Below, piece after piece: positions 12,512 to 29,459 of a stretch of 64,000 nt of DNA. The stretch comes from the human T2T-CHM13v2.0 reference genome, Homo sapiens. The stretch's first letter is position 1, and every line of letters starts with the position of its first letter. The notes beneath the pieces were generated by a model. The model did no database searches. It was not told where the DNA came from and worked only from the letters and a program-made list of their open reading frames with translations. The stretch lies in the NCBI RefSeq assembly GCF_009914755.1, contig NC_060932.1. The stretch is one strand, 5' to 3'. A program made the position numbers and the translations under genes.

Positions 12512-15135
12512 GTGAAAGTATTTGACAAAATCTAACATCCATTTCTGATTTAAAAACATGAAAAACCAAAAATTTCTCAGCAAATTTGAAACAGAAGGGA
12601 ACTTCCTCAACCTGATAAGGGCATTTACAAAAAACCCCACAAAAAAACCCCTAAATCTAATAGCACACTTAACGGTGAAGGATTGAATTATTTCTCTCTA
12701 AAATCATGAATAACACAAAGATGTTCACTGTCACCACTTCTAGTCAACATTGCACTCAAGGTTATAACTAGTGCAGTAAGGTAAAAAGAATAAAAAAGGA
12801 TTAAAAAAGAAGTAAAACTACCTTTATTTGCAGATGACGATTGTGTAAATGTACCCAGAATTTTCTTTTTATTGTCAATTATTCCCCAAATTCATCCAGT
12901 GATACAACATAATTCCAAACAAAATCACAGCAGACTTTAATGTAGAAACTGAAAAGGTGATTCTAAAATTCATATGGAAATGCAAATGTCTTCAAATAGC
13001 CAAAACAACTTTGAATAAGAACAAAGTGGTATGGCTAACACTACACAATTTCAAGGCTTACTATAAAGCTACAGTAATTAAGACAGTGTGAAAATGACAT
13101 GATGATAACAGATCAACTGAACAGAAAAAAAGAGTCCAGAAATAGATCCACTTACACGTGAACAGAGATACGAAGACAATTCAATTGAAGACAGGTCAGT
13201 CTTTTCAACAAATGGTGCTGGCACAACTGGATAGCTTTTTTTTTTTTTAAAGAATTTGAATCTATAATCATGAACCATATACAAAAACTAACTCAAAATG
13301 GGACCTTTTACCTAAATGTAAAACCCAAAGCTATAAAACTGCTAGAAGAAAACATGAGAGAAAATATTTGTGACCTTAGGTGAGGCAATGGTTTCTTAGA
13401 TAAGACACTAAAATCCCAATCTATAAAAGAACAAACTGACAAATTGGACATGTTCAAAATGTAAAACGTCTGCTCTTTGAAACACAGGGTTAAAGAGCAT
13501 GAAAAGGTAAGCCACGGGGCATTCCTGTAGGCTATTGAGGACTTCATCAACAGGCTACACTAAATTTACTGTTAAAATGTTTCTTTCTTCAACAATAAAT
13601 TAACCTTACCTTACTGTAACTTTTTTACTTTATAAACTTTTTAATCTCTAACGTTTTACCTCTTTTGTAATAACACTAAGCTGAAAATACAACACACCAT
13701 ACAGCTGTACAAAAATATTTTCCTTCTTTATATCCTCATTCTATAAGCTTTTTCCAATTAAAAAATTTTTGTTGGTAAACTTTCTTGTTAAAACCTAAGA
13801 CACAAACACACACATTAGCCTAGGCCTACACAGGGTTGGGATCATCAATGTCACTGTCTTCCATCTCCACATCTTGCCCCACTGGAAGGTCTTCAGGGGA
13901 AATATTAATAACATACATGAACCTGTCATTTCCTGTGATGATAATGCCTTCTTCTGGATAATTCTTGAAGGACTTGCCTGAGGCTGTTTTACAGTTAACA
14001 TTCTTTTTAGAAGTATAAGCAGTATACTCTAAAATAACAATAACAAGTATACTATAGTAAATACATAAACCAGTAACAAAGTCGTTTTATGATCGTTTAT
14101 AAATATTATGTGATGTATGCAATGGTATGTGCTACATTGTTGTGTAACTGGCAGCCCAGGTTTGTTGTTTATACTGGCATCACCACAAACACAACGTCAC
14201 TGGGCAAGAGAAACTTTTCAGGTCCATTATAATCTTATGGGACTACCATCATATATATAATAAATCACATGACTGTGTATGAATATACAAACATACACTC
14301 TCAAAACGCAGTAAGAAAGCAAATAATCCATTACAAATGGGAAAACTATATGGATGGTCACTTAGCAAAAAAAAGACATATGGATGGCAAATAAGCATAT
14401 GAAAAGATGCCCTACACCACTAGTCATAAGGGAAATGCAAATTTAAGCCACAGTAAGATACCACTTAACATCTATTGGAATTGCCAAAATTTAAAAGACA
14501 GACCATAGCAAATGCTGACAAGAATGTGGAGGAAATAGAACTCTCACACACTGCTCATAGGTATGTAGAACTGTAGGTACAAGCACTTTGGAAAACAGTT
14601 GGGGCAGCTTCTTAAAAAGTAAAACACATACCTACATCTGATCCAGCCATTCCACTGGCAAGTAAATGGCTTGCCACCCAAGAGAAAAGAAACCACATGT
14701 TCATTCAAAGACTTGCATAAGAATATTAAAAACAACTTTATTTAATAGCCTCAAATTGGAAACCCACATTTCCATCACCAGGTGAATAAATGAACTATGG
14801 AATACTGCAAAATGGACACTTAGTACTCAGCAATAAAAAGAATGAACTATTGATATATACAACATGGACAAATCTCAAAAGAGAGTACTGCATGATTTAT
14901 GATATACTGACATAAATTTCTAGATAATGCAAACTCATCTGTGACTACTTGGAAAAGAAAAGAAGGAAGGGATTACGAAAGGGCACCACAAAACTTATGG
15001 GGGTGATAAATTCATTATCTTGAACTTATGGTGACAGTTTCAGGGTGTGTACATATATCAACACACATCAAAGTTTACACTTCAAATATATATAGTGTGT
15101 AATACGTCGACTGTACCTCAATAAAACTGTTTTAA
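12512..15135 (+). mobile_element. L1M ORF2/3'UTR fragment, split by a Tigger3 insertion
   Basis: ORF2-like motifs GAAGGGAACTTCCTCAACCTGATAAGGG and TTCTAAAATTCATATGGAAATGCAAA. Ends TGTACCTCAATAAAACTG. Confidence 0.78.
13520..14277. mobile_element. Tigger3b (Golem/MER7-type) DNA transposon fragment
   Basis: ACACACATTAGCCTAGGCCTACACAGGGT, and the terminal CCATTATAATCTTATGGGAC...CATGACTG. Confidence 0.78.
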
Positions 15136-15739
15136 AAATCACTGTCATTCTGCTTCAGCTGGAAGTGAAAGACACACAGCAACCAAACTGTCAGTAAAAA
15201 AACAAAAAAAATGTACAAGACATACGGTTATTCTCTTGTAAATTTCCATATCATCTATGCTTGTCATACTAACTCATTTTGTAAGGTGAATTTTGTTTTG
15301 TTAGTCTGGCAGGTTTTATGTAGTTGCTATAAAGTATAATGAATGACTAGAGGAGTTAAAAATAATTGTTACTTTATGTCAGAATAAATATGCTATAAAC
15401 TATTAAGGTATTCTCCATTCATTTATTCAATGTTTCTAGTCAGTTACTTATAGAACAGTGGGCCAAGAAAAATATGTTTTAAAAACATAAGAGCTCCACA
15501 AAACTCCTATGATTCACATCAATTGTCAGATTCAGTTCTATTTTATCATTTTGTCCTTATTGTCCCATCCATGCCCTGTATACATCCCTATCACAGCATT
15601 TAAAATACTTTATTAAACTTTCTAGTTTATATGTTTATTTCTTATAATGGTCTTAGTTTTTTCAGGTAGAAGGCATGTTTGATTAATTTCTATATCCTCA
15701 GCTCCTAGTACAGCACCTAGCATATACACCATCTTAAAG

Positions 15740-17300
15740 TTCCACTAAGGGACTTAAAGGAAGATCTGAATAAATAATGTAACATTGTTCATGGATGTCA
15801 AGATGTCAATTTGACTCCAATTAATCTATAAATCCAAAACAATTCATTTTTTTAAAATCCTATGAAAATTGTATAAAGTCTGTGGTCTAGTTAATAGTAC
15901 TGCACCAATGTCAATGTCCTAATTTTGTCCTCATTTTGATTACACTACAGTTATAAAACAGGTCAACATTAGGGGAAGCTGAGTGGACGATTCTAAAACC
16001 TCTATGTGCAATTTTTGCAACTGCCTTTGAGTCTTCAATTATTATTAAAGACTTTTAAAAATCCCATGAACATAGCAAGTTTTCCAAAATTGCATGGAAA
16101 CATAAAGGTCGAAACATAGTTGTCAACTTTAAAAAAAAAAAAAAAAAACGAAAGCGGGGCAACTAGCACTATCCGATTTTTGGACACATCACAAAGCCAC
16201 AGAAGGAAAGAGAATATGATGATGACAAAAGAGCAGATTAATGAACCAATGGATTATGACAGAGAGCTCAGAAACAGACCCGTATATATAGGATAACTTG
16301 ACATAAACCAGCCAAGGTTGGGTTGTCACGTGATGGGATTAAGAAAACTGGCTTGCTCTATGGAGAAAAATAGGTTCTTATCACACTTGAAACAAAGATA
16401 GAATCCAAATTAAAGACCTAAAAATGAACAGTAAAACTATGAAGCTATTATGGAAGAAAATGTAGGAGAACATCCTGGTGATTTGGGGACAGGGAAGGAG
16501 TTCTTAAGACAAGCCACACACCATAAAGCAAAACATTGGCAAGTTCTGCATTAAAAGTAAAGATTTCTGTTCAACAAAGGGCACCACAGAAAAAAACAAC
16601 AGATGGGTGACACACTAGAAAACATTCGTAATGCCTAAATGGAGAATGAACACCCACAGAGTATACAAGGTACCCATGCAAATCAACATGAGAAGGACAA
16701 TAAACCCAATGTTTAAAAGTAGACCACAGAAATTAGGCAATTCACAAAAAGGAAAAAAAAAAATTTTAAGTATACTGCTCACAAGCATATACAAAGATAA
16801 TTAAACACTAATAATTAATGAAATTCAAATTAAAACAAAGCAATAACTATTTCACAATCTTCAGACTGGAAAAATTAGAAAGACAATACCAAATGTTGGT
16901 AAGAAAGTGGAGACGAGGTACCCTCTCCTGCACCATCATGGGAAGGCAATGTGCAATTGTCATCCTGGAAAGCAATTAGTTTGTGAAATGAGATACGCAC
17001 CTACTTTATGGCGCCATCCCATCCTAGGGGCAGTCTCAGAGCAATTATGGCACAAGACTATATAAAGGGACATGAATGAGTATGTTTACCAGAGTTGTTT
17101 GTGATAGCAGGGAGTTGGAAGTTACCTAAAAGGTCTGTTAAGGAAGCTCTTTTAGATACTTTGGAATCCTATGCTGTCAGAAGCAGTGAAATGGTTGTAC
17201 ACACAGCAATATGAAGAGATCTTGAAACAGTATTGTGTCACCATATTAAGAAGCAGAACAAGATCTACAACATAATCCCAGTTAGGCAAATTAAACTCAC
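15740..17300 (+). mobile_element. Old L1ME/MD fragments
   Basis: Decayed ORF2/3' motifs such as GAAGAAAATGTAGGAGAACATC and AGACAATACCAAATGTTGGTAAG. Confidence 0.6.
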
Positions 17301-17811
17301 ACATGCATGTGTGCGCACACCCATACACAATAGTGCTATCTATTTTATAGCAACAACTAACGTGGTTGCCTACAGGGATTGTGGATGAGGCAGGAAACGG
17401 GAGTGAAAATTAGGGAGGAAGAAAATCAACAACAGAGGAAACCTTTTAAGGAATCAATCATGAAAATGATGAGTCATCAACTGAGTAGTAGTAACTCAAT
17501 TTTCTGAGGTCCATTAAAAAAAAAACCAGGTATAACTGTAAAACTTGTATACAACCTTGCATGTTGAAAGGATCAAATAAAATGATGTAAGCGATATATA
17601 TGAAAGTATTCCACAGACTTGTGAAGCATTATTTAAACTTAAGTTTCTACGAGGTTAAGTAGTTTGCCCAAAGGCACTTGTCTAGTAAGAGGCAGAACTG
17701 AAGGAGTTACCCTTAATGACTTTCTCACCTCATTTACAATTCACCAGCAAGGCAAGGCAGCTCCACTTTCAAAAACACATCCCAAATCAGATTCCTTGTG
17801 ACTACACTACT

Positions 17812-18121
17812 GTTTTTTGTTTGTTTGTTTGTTTGTTTTGAGACAGAGACTCACTCTGTCACCCCAGGGTGGAGTTCAGTGGTGCAATCTCAGTTTACTG
17901 CAACCTCGGCCTCCCAGGGTGAAGTGATTCTCCTGCCTCAGCCTCCTGAGTAGCTGGGATCAGAGACATGCACCACCAAACCCAGCTATTTTTTGTATTT
18001 TCAGTAGAGATGAGGTTTCACCATACTGGCCAGGCTGTGTCGAACTCCTGACCTCAGGTGATCTGCCCGCCTCGGCCTCCCAGAGTGCTGGGATTACAGG
18101 CGTGAGCCACCGTGCCCGGCC
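17812..18121 (-). mobile_element. AluSx-like with a (TTTG)n tail
   Basis: Antisense dimeric Alu ending CCACCGTGCCCGGCC. Confidence 0.93.
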
Positions 18122-18124
18122 TAC

Positions 18125-18640
18125 CATCATCTTTTATGTGAACTACTCTACTCTCCAAGCTGGGCCTGCTGCTTCCAGTCTTGCCCCCCTACAGTTTATT
18201 TTCTGCCAGCAGCCAGAATTGTCTTCTGAAACATCTATCAGCTGCTGCTTCCTAGCTTTCACCTCTCCAAGGGCTCCCATGAAAACCATTACTGTGGCCT
18301 GCAGGCCCTCCACGGTCTGACCACTGCTTATCCCTCCAGCCAGTCTCTACCATCAACTTCCTGTACTCTCTGTTCCCTGCCCTGCAGCCACACTGGCCTC
18401 TTCGCTCTTCTCTGCACATGCCAAGCATGTTCCCCATCTCAAGTCTTTGTATTCGCTGTTCCCTCTGGCTGCAATGCTCTTCCCCCAGACACTCACAGTT
18501 CTAGCTTCCTCATTTCATTCCGGTCTGTAGTCAGATGTCACCTGCCTTCTCTGAAATCCTTTCTAAGGAAACTGCCTCCCAGTGCTCTTTATCCTCTCAT
18601 CTTCCGTTACTTTCCTTCCTGGCCCTTATTACCTGACATC
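18125..18640 (+). mobile_element. L2 3' fragment (resumes at about 19362-19460)
   Basis: L2-typical CAGCCACACTGGCCTCTT...GCTGTTCCCTCTGGCTGCAATGCTCTTCCCCCAGA. Confidence 0.75.
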
Positions 18641-19362
18641 ATTATATATATATTATATATATATAAATATATTATATATTTATGTATATATATTATATAT
18701 ACATATTATAATATATATTATATGCTATATTATACTATATTATAATATATAATTATTATAATATAATTATTATTATTATATATTATAATTATTAATATAT
18801 TATATATAATAATTACATGTATTAGGTGAATAGGTGAATAAATAATTATTCACCTATTCGCTGAATAATTAGGTGAATATTTAGGTGAATAATTATTTAA
18901 TATAATTAGGTGAATAATTATATATATTATATAGGTGAAATATAATATATATTATATAATACGTATTATATAATATATATTATATATCATACGTATTATA
19001 TACTATGTATTATATGTAATATATATTATATAATACATATATAATACATAGTATATAATACGTATGATATATAACACATATTATATAATATATAATACAT
19101 ATTATGTTATATATAATACGTATTATATATGTTATATATTATAATATAATATATAACATATATAATAAAATATATAATGTTATATATTATATATTATATG
19201 TATTATATAATATGTATTATATATAATATATAATAAATATATAATAAATAAATAATAAATATATAAGAAAATAATATATAATATATAATATATATTATAA
19301 TATATATAATATATAATAAACATAATAAATATAAATATATCTAATAAATATATATATTTATT
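18641..19362. repeat. Approximately 720-bp AT-rich, (TA)n-derived low-complexity tract with internal inverted repeats
   Basis: Almost entirely A/T, with repeated TAGGTGAATA and TACGTATTATA units in both orientations. Confidence 0.95.
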
Positions 19363-20319
19363 TCTGGACTTGCTTGATTGTCCATCTCCCTGGCCAGTAC
19401 CTAAGCATCTTGTCTTAGTCACCACTGCAGCCGCACAGCTCAGACAATGCACGTGGAAAACAGGTGGATGTAAAGATTTCTTGAAAGCAGCAATTTAACA
19501 AACTCTGATCTGATGCCTCCCCTATGCTCTTTCACTACACCACGCTGCTTCCCAGGAAAAGGATAAATGTGTGTACAGTTCGTCATTCTCTCCTAACAGA
19601 TTCAAAGGTCCATGGCTCATCTGCTTCTTCTTCATGTACTACAAAGCCCAGCACCTTGTAAATGCAAGGTAAAAAGGAGGAAACAAATGAGCGCAAAGTA
19701 ACCACCATAAAAGGTAAATAAGAAAGGAAAGGTAGTTGATGGTCATGGAGAAACTACTCAGTTGTATTCAACGGCATCTGACCATTCAGCGGTCAATCCT
19801 TCTTTTGTTTCCTACGCGTCTATATGCCCAAGCCACAGTTAGACGTTTCGAAGGAGATAAAAATGAATTCCAGTTGTGGAATTAACAGAAGAATTTGTGA
19901 AGGAGGTAGCGGTCGAAATGGTTAAACTGAATACTCATAGACAGGTAACAGGCTCATTGCCTGTGAACTCCTGAAAGACAAGAACTGTAACATATTTTAT
20001 TTACCTTGGTGTCTTAAATGCCTAACAAAACGTCCAGAACATAAAGGCATTTGGCAAATGTTAAACAAACTTGGGAGAGGCAAGGCATTCCAGCAGAAGG
20101 AAGAAGTCAATAAAATACACAGATGACAGAATACAGGACATATACCAGCACCAGTAAATAGTGAGGACTGGCTGGTAAAAAGCGTTCATGAAAGCAAGTG
20201 CAAGAAAGGCTCGTTAAAAGAAATGGCAAGAAATAAAGTGAGAAAGTAGGATAGGGCCGAGACACAGAATGCCATGAATGACTGAGGGGTTTAGATTTTC
20301 AATGAGAGACCACTGAAGA

Positions 20320-20660
<341 letters not shown>

Positions 20661-20760
20661 TGAGGAGACTAATAAGAGCCCCCTGCTCATATCAATCAAT
20701 CAATCTACCATGGCTTCACCCAAACTGCCTGCAATTCTACCATTAGAAATTTTTATTTTA

Positions 20761-21079
<319 letters not shown>

Positions 21080-21779
21080 TTATTATTTTAAGGCATATCC
21101 TCTGTACGAATCTTCCTAATATCCAAATTATCCTGTGAGGCAATAGAAAATGTTGTCGTCATTCATTTATACTTCTGTGTAAAACGGATAATCAGTTTGC
21201 CCTCTCCTGGCTAGCGAGTAGCCACTAAGGAGATGGGAATTTTGAATGCAGATGAAAGTTTAACTTTTTGACTTCGAGGCACTGCCTTGGAAAGATAAAG
21301 TCTGGAGTACAAAAAGAAAAAAGAGGTTAACTGGTCCATGCCTTTCCTTGAGAGCCAACCCTGTTCTTTCAGCAAGCAGAATTGAGTAAAGATGAAGAGA
21401 AGACATCAGAATCTCCCTTAGTGAGAATTAAATTTTGATGACCCAGAAGGTAAGAAATAATATGATACACTGAACATTTTTCAGAAATTAAAAAAATGGT
21501 TCTGTAGCATGTAGACACTCATAACTTTATAATCTGTTTAGTTTTCCTCAGAAATGGTAAAGACTTTACCTAAATCACATCCAATCACTTCATGAACGGT
21601 GACTGACAATACCAATTCAAGGAATACGATGGGGCAAGAAGAAGAAGAAATTTATAAAGACAATGCCGAAAATCCACCCAAATGGTGTTACGAACCAGAA
21701 ATGATCATCAGGATGGTACCAGCCACACGATAACCCTGAGAACTCCATCCAGGTTTAATGGAAACCGGGTCCTCCATCT

Positions 21780-22660
21780 GGACGGGTTTCAGCTTGGTAA
21801 ATCCTGATTCTAGGCCACAGAGGGCTCATCTTGCCGGCTAGCTGGGCGGCAGGCTGCGCGGAAAACGCCAGGAAGTATTTCCCGGGGCGCCCACAAGGGA
21901 CCCCCGGCTCCCTGCGGAGCTGGGGTGGGGCGGGCACTCACCGCTTGTCGATGGCGTCGATGTTTGAATGGAGGAGCCACAGCTCCTCCGTATTGTCCTG
22001 CCGGGAGGACAGGATCAAGTGGTGGCCCGTCAGGCACAGGGTGCCCTCGACAGCCGGGTAGAAAGGCCGGTGCAGCACCACATTGTCCACCCGCGGGGTC
22101 TTAATCAGCTCCGCAAACTCCATGCTCCCCCGCGGCCGGAGCCAGGGAACCGAGCCCGGTAGGTGCGAGGCGGTTACCCCGCCGCAGGGAAGTAGCGGAA
22201 ACACCCGGCGCGGGGCTGGCCCGTGGGGCGGGGCGGGCCGGGCGGTGAGGCTGGGCCCGCCCCAGGCTGGGTGGGCGCGGCGAGGCCTACAGCCGCCGGC
22301 ACCGGCCGCGGGGAGACAGGGGCTGGGGCTGGACGAGGCCCAAGCGCCTCTCCCGCACCGCGCGGTTCACCAGGCCTAGGACTCGGCCACAGAGAACCCC
22401 TCTCCACAGGCCCAAGGACCGCCGCTGCCGTTGGGCTCCGGGTCCCGCGTTGGCAAGCGGAGGGCAGTAGGAGAAAGCCGCCTCAGAATCCGCTTCCACG
22501 CCCTGGCCGCTAGGGACTCCTAGCGGAAGTGGCTACTCGCTGCTGGAGCCCACAACAACTCCGGGCGGAAGCAGCAGGTCTCGAAACTCGGAAGACGCGG
22601 AAGTCGCAGCCGGAAGTTGGTCCTCGCTAGGTCCTCTGGAAATGCCTCCGGAAACACAGC
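21780..22660. promoter_or_regulatory. CpG-island promoter of MTMR9 with GC boxes and a tandem ETS/GABP motif cluster
   Basis: Very high GC and CpG density spanning exon 1. GGGCGG boxes at about 22225-22247. CGGAAG at 22524, 22566, 22589, 22598 and 22611. No TATA box seen. Confidence 0.9.
21942..22123 (-). CDS. MTMR9: MTMR9 (myotubularin-related protein 9) coding exon 1, start of the PH-GRAM domain
   Basis: ATG at 22123 reads MEFAELIKTPRVDNVVLHRPFYPAVEGTLCLTGHHLILSSRQDNTEELWLLHSNIDAIDK(R). Donor CG|GTGAGT at 21941. 182 nt, inside the CpG island. Confidence 0.97.
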
Positions 22661-23619
22661 CAGACCAGAAGATGTGTGTTCCTACGAGAAAAAAAGCTTG
22701 TCTTTGCCTTCACGCCCTCCCGCTGCCTTTCTTAACCACCTACAAATATTCCTTATCAGAAGAGGTCCGGGAAGAGGGAGGAGGTCCCTGTCTTGCCTTC
22801 CTCCGCTTGAGTAGTATCCCCTCCAGAAGCTCTTCAGAGCGTGGGGCTGCTGTAAATTGTGATAATTGTTATGCATTAGCCCTGAAGACATGGCAAGTAG
22901 GGGATGGAGGCGGTGACTGTGACCTTACGGAATCCTCCAGGGGTCAGGGAGGGACACAGGGCCACTCCACAGGCTCTCCGAGAGCGCCGCGCCACGAGGT
23001 GTAACCTGGAGCAAGAAAGAGGAAAAACAGGAATACCTGTGAGAGGAACCCAAGTACATGCAGTGCACAGAAGAGCAAGTCACTTGACTTGCTGGCGGCC
23101 ACCCCGTTAATCTGCAGCAGAGCCTGGACTTCAGTCTGCATCTGTGAAACCCAGCGCATGGGTGCGTTGGTCACCACCGCACAGCCTCCCCGTCAGACAC
23201 CCACGTTTCGCCAAAAATTTATTCAAATAATTACTCCTTTGCTTGTTCCTTTCCCACCGCCCACTTCTGACATTTTTATTCAAAAGTAGGAAATAGAAGA
23301 GAAATATGTTTGAGTGCTGGTCTGCTGTGACTTCATTGACCTTTTAAATCCTCACCATCTAGTACCTAAGCACAGCGAGTTGGACAAACTCTCACAGTAT
23401 TCACAAAGTAAATTGCCACAACCTCATCAGCTCATCCAACACTTGTCCATGCTTTTGATTTTGTCCTTCTTAAAATGTACCCTTCTTAAAATAAACCACT
23501 TTATAGACTTGTTTTAAGTGAGATACGTAAATGCCTACCAACTTTCCTTGGTGTCTTTGTTGCATAGTTACTGTAGACTGAATAATAGTTGCCATTTTTT
23601 ATATTTTTGCAGTTTAATT

Positions 23620-26689
<3,070 letters not shown>

Positions 26690-28236
26690 ATAATATTGTT
26701 ACACCTGAGAGTCCAGTCTAAAAACAAGAACCAACAGAGTAGGGAAGATGAGGGGGGATGATTTACAAAGTTATTTTTTTAAACTGGAGTTTTTGACTTT
26801 CTTCATTTATGTGGATAAGTTATAACAATTACCAATTGTGGAATGAAGAATTTAATTACAGAGTGAAGAATCAGGGAACGTTTTATGGAGAAGGTATCAT
26901 TTGAAAACAGGACCTTGAAGGATGAGGGTCACACTCTGAATGGAATGTGGCCGACAGAGATGTCCAATTTAGTGATATCTCCTAGAGGTGGGGATGCATT
27001 TTTCAGTAATTCCATTACCTTTTTCTTTTAGTTTCTTTATGTGGGGGGAGGCACATGAAAAGCTCATGGTTTCATTAAGTGAAAAATGTTTACTTTTCTA
27101 TAACACCATGAACTTTTTTGCCCATGAAAGAAAATTGTCAATATCATGCTGGATTGTTGTAACAAAACTATTTAAAAATTACATCTACTTGTGTTGAAGC
27201 TCAAAGCATAGAAAGCCCTTGAGATCTGAGGAAAACAAAAATTCACTTGTAAGGAATAGAGCATAGAGGTGAGTTTCGGAGATTGAGAGCACAATATGTT
27301 ACTTTATTATACGAACAGTAGATGGCAGTGGAGTTTAACAGTAATGGATAGGCTTCCATTCTATTAAAATAATTCAATGAAGCTGTAGTCAAACACATTC
27401 TTATCCAAACTGCCTGGACATAAGGATCTGAGAGGAGTCTGATAACCCAAAGAAGATGGTGGCATTTATAATGCACGTAAAAGAGTTACTCAACAACTTA
27501 CAGATGTTATTATTATAATCAGTCTGTGAGATAACAAATGGCATTGATATGTAATCATCTAGACGTTATTCTCCCAAATAGTCAACCAGCTCTTAGTGCC
27601 TATTTGGTCATCAGCACTGTGGGGAATGGAAACAATAGGTTTGACATGGCCATTGCCCTCAAGGAGTAATAGCTAATTTGGGAACGCTAACACGTGCCAC
27701 ACTTGGGGAGAAAATACAAAAATTACTGTTGAGTTTTGAAGTACAGATTTACTTTCCTGGTTTTGTGTTGCCCTACTAGGCCGTGAGTACTTAGTAGAAA
27801 TTGAGGCCTTTTGAATGTGGTTTGAACAAAGCAGGCCAACCGTGTCCAAAATTAGCAGGAATAACTGAGACGGAGAAGACATGGCCTGTGTATGCTCCTA
27901 ATGAACAGCCATTCTCCGTGTACTTAGTTGTTTTGTATTGACAGTCAGCAGCTGAAACCAACCCAATAACCTCATTCCAGGTCTTTCTTATGTCTTCCCT
28001 TCCCTTCATCTCCCCCAAGCAAACCAGTCACCAAATGGATGATTCTGTCTTTTCATATCTCTTGAATTCCTCCACTTCTCCCCATGCCCAAGGCCACTAT
28101 GTTAGATCAGACTACCATCATTTCTCATCTACTTAACAGGAAAAATATTTTAGTTGGTTTTCTTTCTTCCAGTGGGGCTCTCCTTCAATCCATTTTTCCA
28201 TTTGGAAGCTCTTTGGTTGTCTTTGGTGCTCTAAAT

Positions 28237-28320
28237 TCTCTCTCTCTCTCTTTCTTTCTTTCTTTTTTCTTTCTTTCTTTTCTTTCTTTCCTTCTCTCTC
28301 TCTCTCTCTTTCTTTCTTTG
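28237..28320. repeat. (CT)n/(CTTT)n microsatellite within an L2 fragment
   Basis: Direct inspection of the sequence. Confidence 0.85.
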
Positions 28321-28509
28321 CTTAACTTATAAGGCCCTTGGTGATTTAGCCTTTTAAGCAGAGATCAGCATCACAGGTCTCATCTCTGCTCTTCTTTCCC
28401 TATCCAGCAGTCTCTAATCTCCACCCATATGCAATTTTCATGCCAGCTATCCTCAAATAACTTGCCTTTTCCTCCTGAGATTTTGCACCCAGTTATAAAC
28501 TTGTTACTA

Positions 28510-28660
28510 CATGGAGGTGTGGAACAGGGACCAGCATCACTGTCATTCTCTGGGATCTTTGTTAGAAATGTCTCACTCTGAACCTGCTGAATCAGAATCT
28601 GCATTTTTATAAGATTCTTAGATGATTTATACACACATTAAAGTTTAAGAAAGCAGTACT
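28510..28660. mobile_element. MER5A-like hAT fossil
   Basis: TTGTTAGAAATG...ACCTGCTGAATCAGAATCTGCATTTT...ACACATTAAAGTTTAAGAA. Confidence 0.75.
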
Positions 28661-28954
28661 TTAAATAATTTTTGTGTTCTTTCTGCCTGGTATACATTTA
28701 CCTCACTCCCAGCAACTTGTCTGTCAACCCGCTAATGCTACCATCCTTCAGATCTCCTCTCAGAGATCACTGCCTATGGGAAGCCTTCCCTGATTTTCCC
28801 TCACAAATATGAGTTTCACAATACATAGGCTTCATAGCACCATATAATAATAACTCATACTAATTGAGTGTTTACTCTGTGTTCTAGACATTGGCTAAAT
28901 GCCTTACATGTAGTCTCATGTCCTCCTTCTACAGTGTTCTGAGGTTGATCTTGG

Positions 28955-29283
28955 GAGGAATTATGTCTCTCCCTCCGCCAAATTCATGTGTTGATGTCCC
29001 AACCCTCAGTACCTCCATAGGCTATTTGGAGCTAGGATCTTTAAAGAGGTAAGTTAAATGAGATAATTAGGATGTCTGTAATCCAATATGACTGGTGTCC
29101 TTATACTAAGAGGAAATTTGGACACAGACACATATGAGAGGTGAGGAGAGAGGGTTCAGGAGAACTCAACCGTGCTAACGCTTTGATCTCAGATTTCTGG
29201 CTTCCAGAACTGTAAGAGAAATTTCTGTTGTTTAAACCACCCAGGCTTTGATACTTTATTATGGCAGCCCTGGAAACTAACAC
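28955..29283 (+). mobile_element. MLT1A/B-like MaLR LTR
   Basis: TAATCCAATATGACTGGTGTCCTTATA...TTCTGGCTTCCAGAACTGTAAGA...TTATGGCAGCCCTGGAAACTAACA. Confidence 0.78.
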
Positions 29284-29459
29284 GGTTGGTTATTGTTCTC
29301 CTTTTATTGAGGCACAGAGAACTTAGGAACTTTTTTTTAGGAACTTTTCCAAGGTCGGGAGTAAATGGTCCAGATCTAGACTCAAGCAGTCAAGTGTAGA
29401 CCCCACGATCTTTACCACCATGCTTTGCCAACCATGCACACTGAGTCCACCTTGGTTAC

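Noticed and set aside
18821-18940. Repeat-spacer appearance suggestive of a CRISPR array
   Set aside because: Mammalian DNA, 10-bp units, irregular low-complexity spacers and no cas genes.
19180-19452. 90-aa Ile/Tyr-rich ORF
   Set aside because: Translation of the AT-rich low-complexity tract.
21755-23177. Many overlapping 60-120 aa ORFs on both strands around the promoter
   Set aside because: Expected in GC-rich CpG islands, which have few stop codons. The products are low-complexity Pro/Gly/Ala/Arg strings with no recognisable domain.
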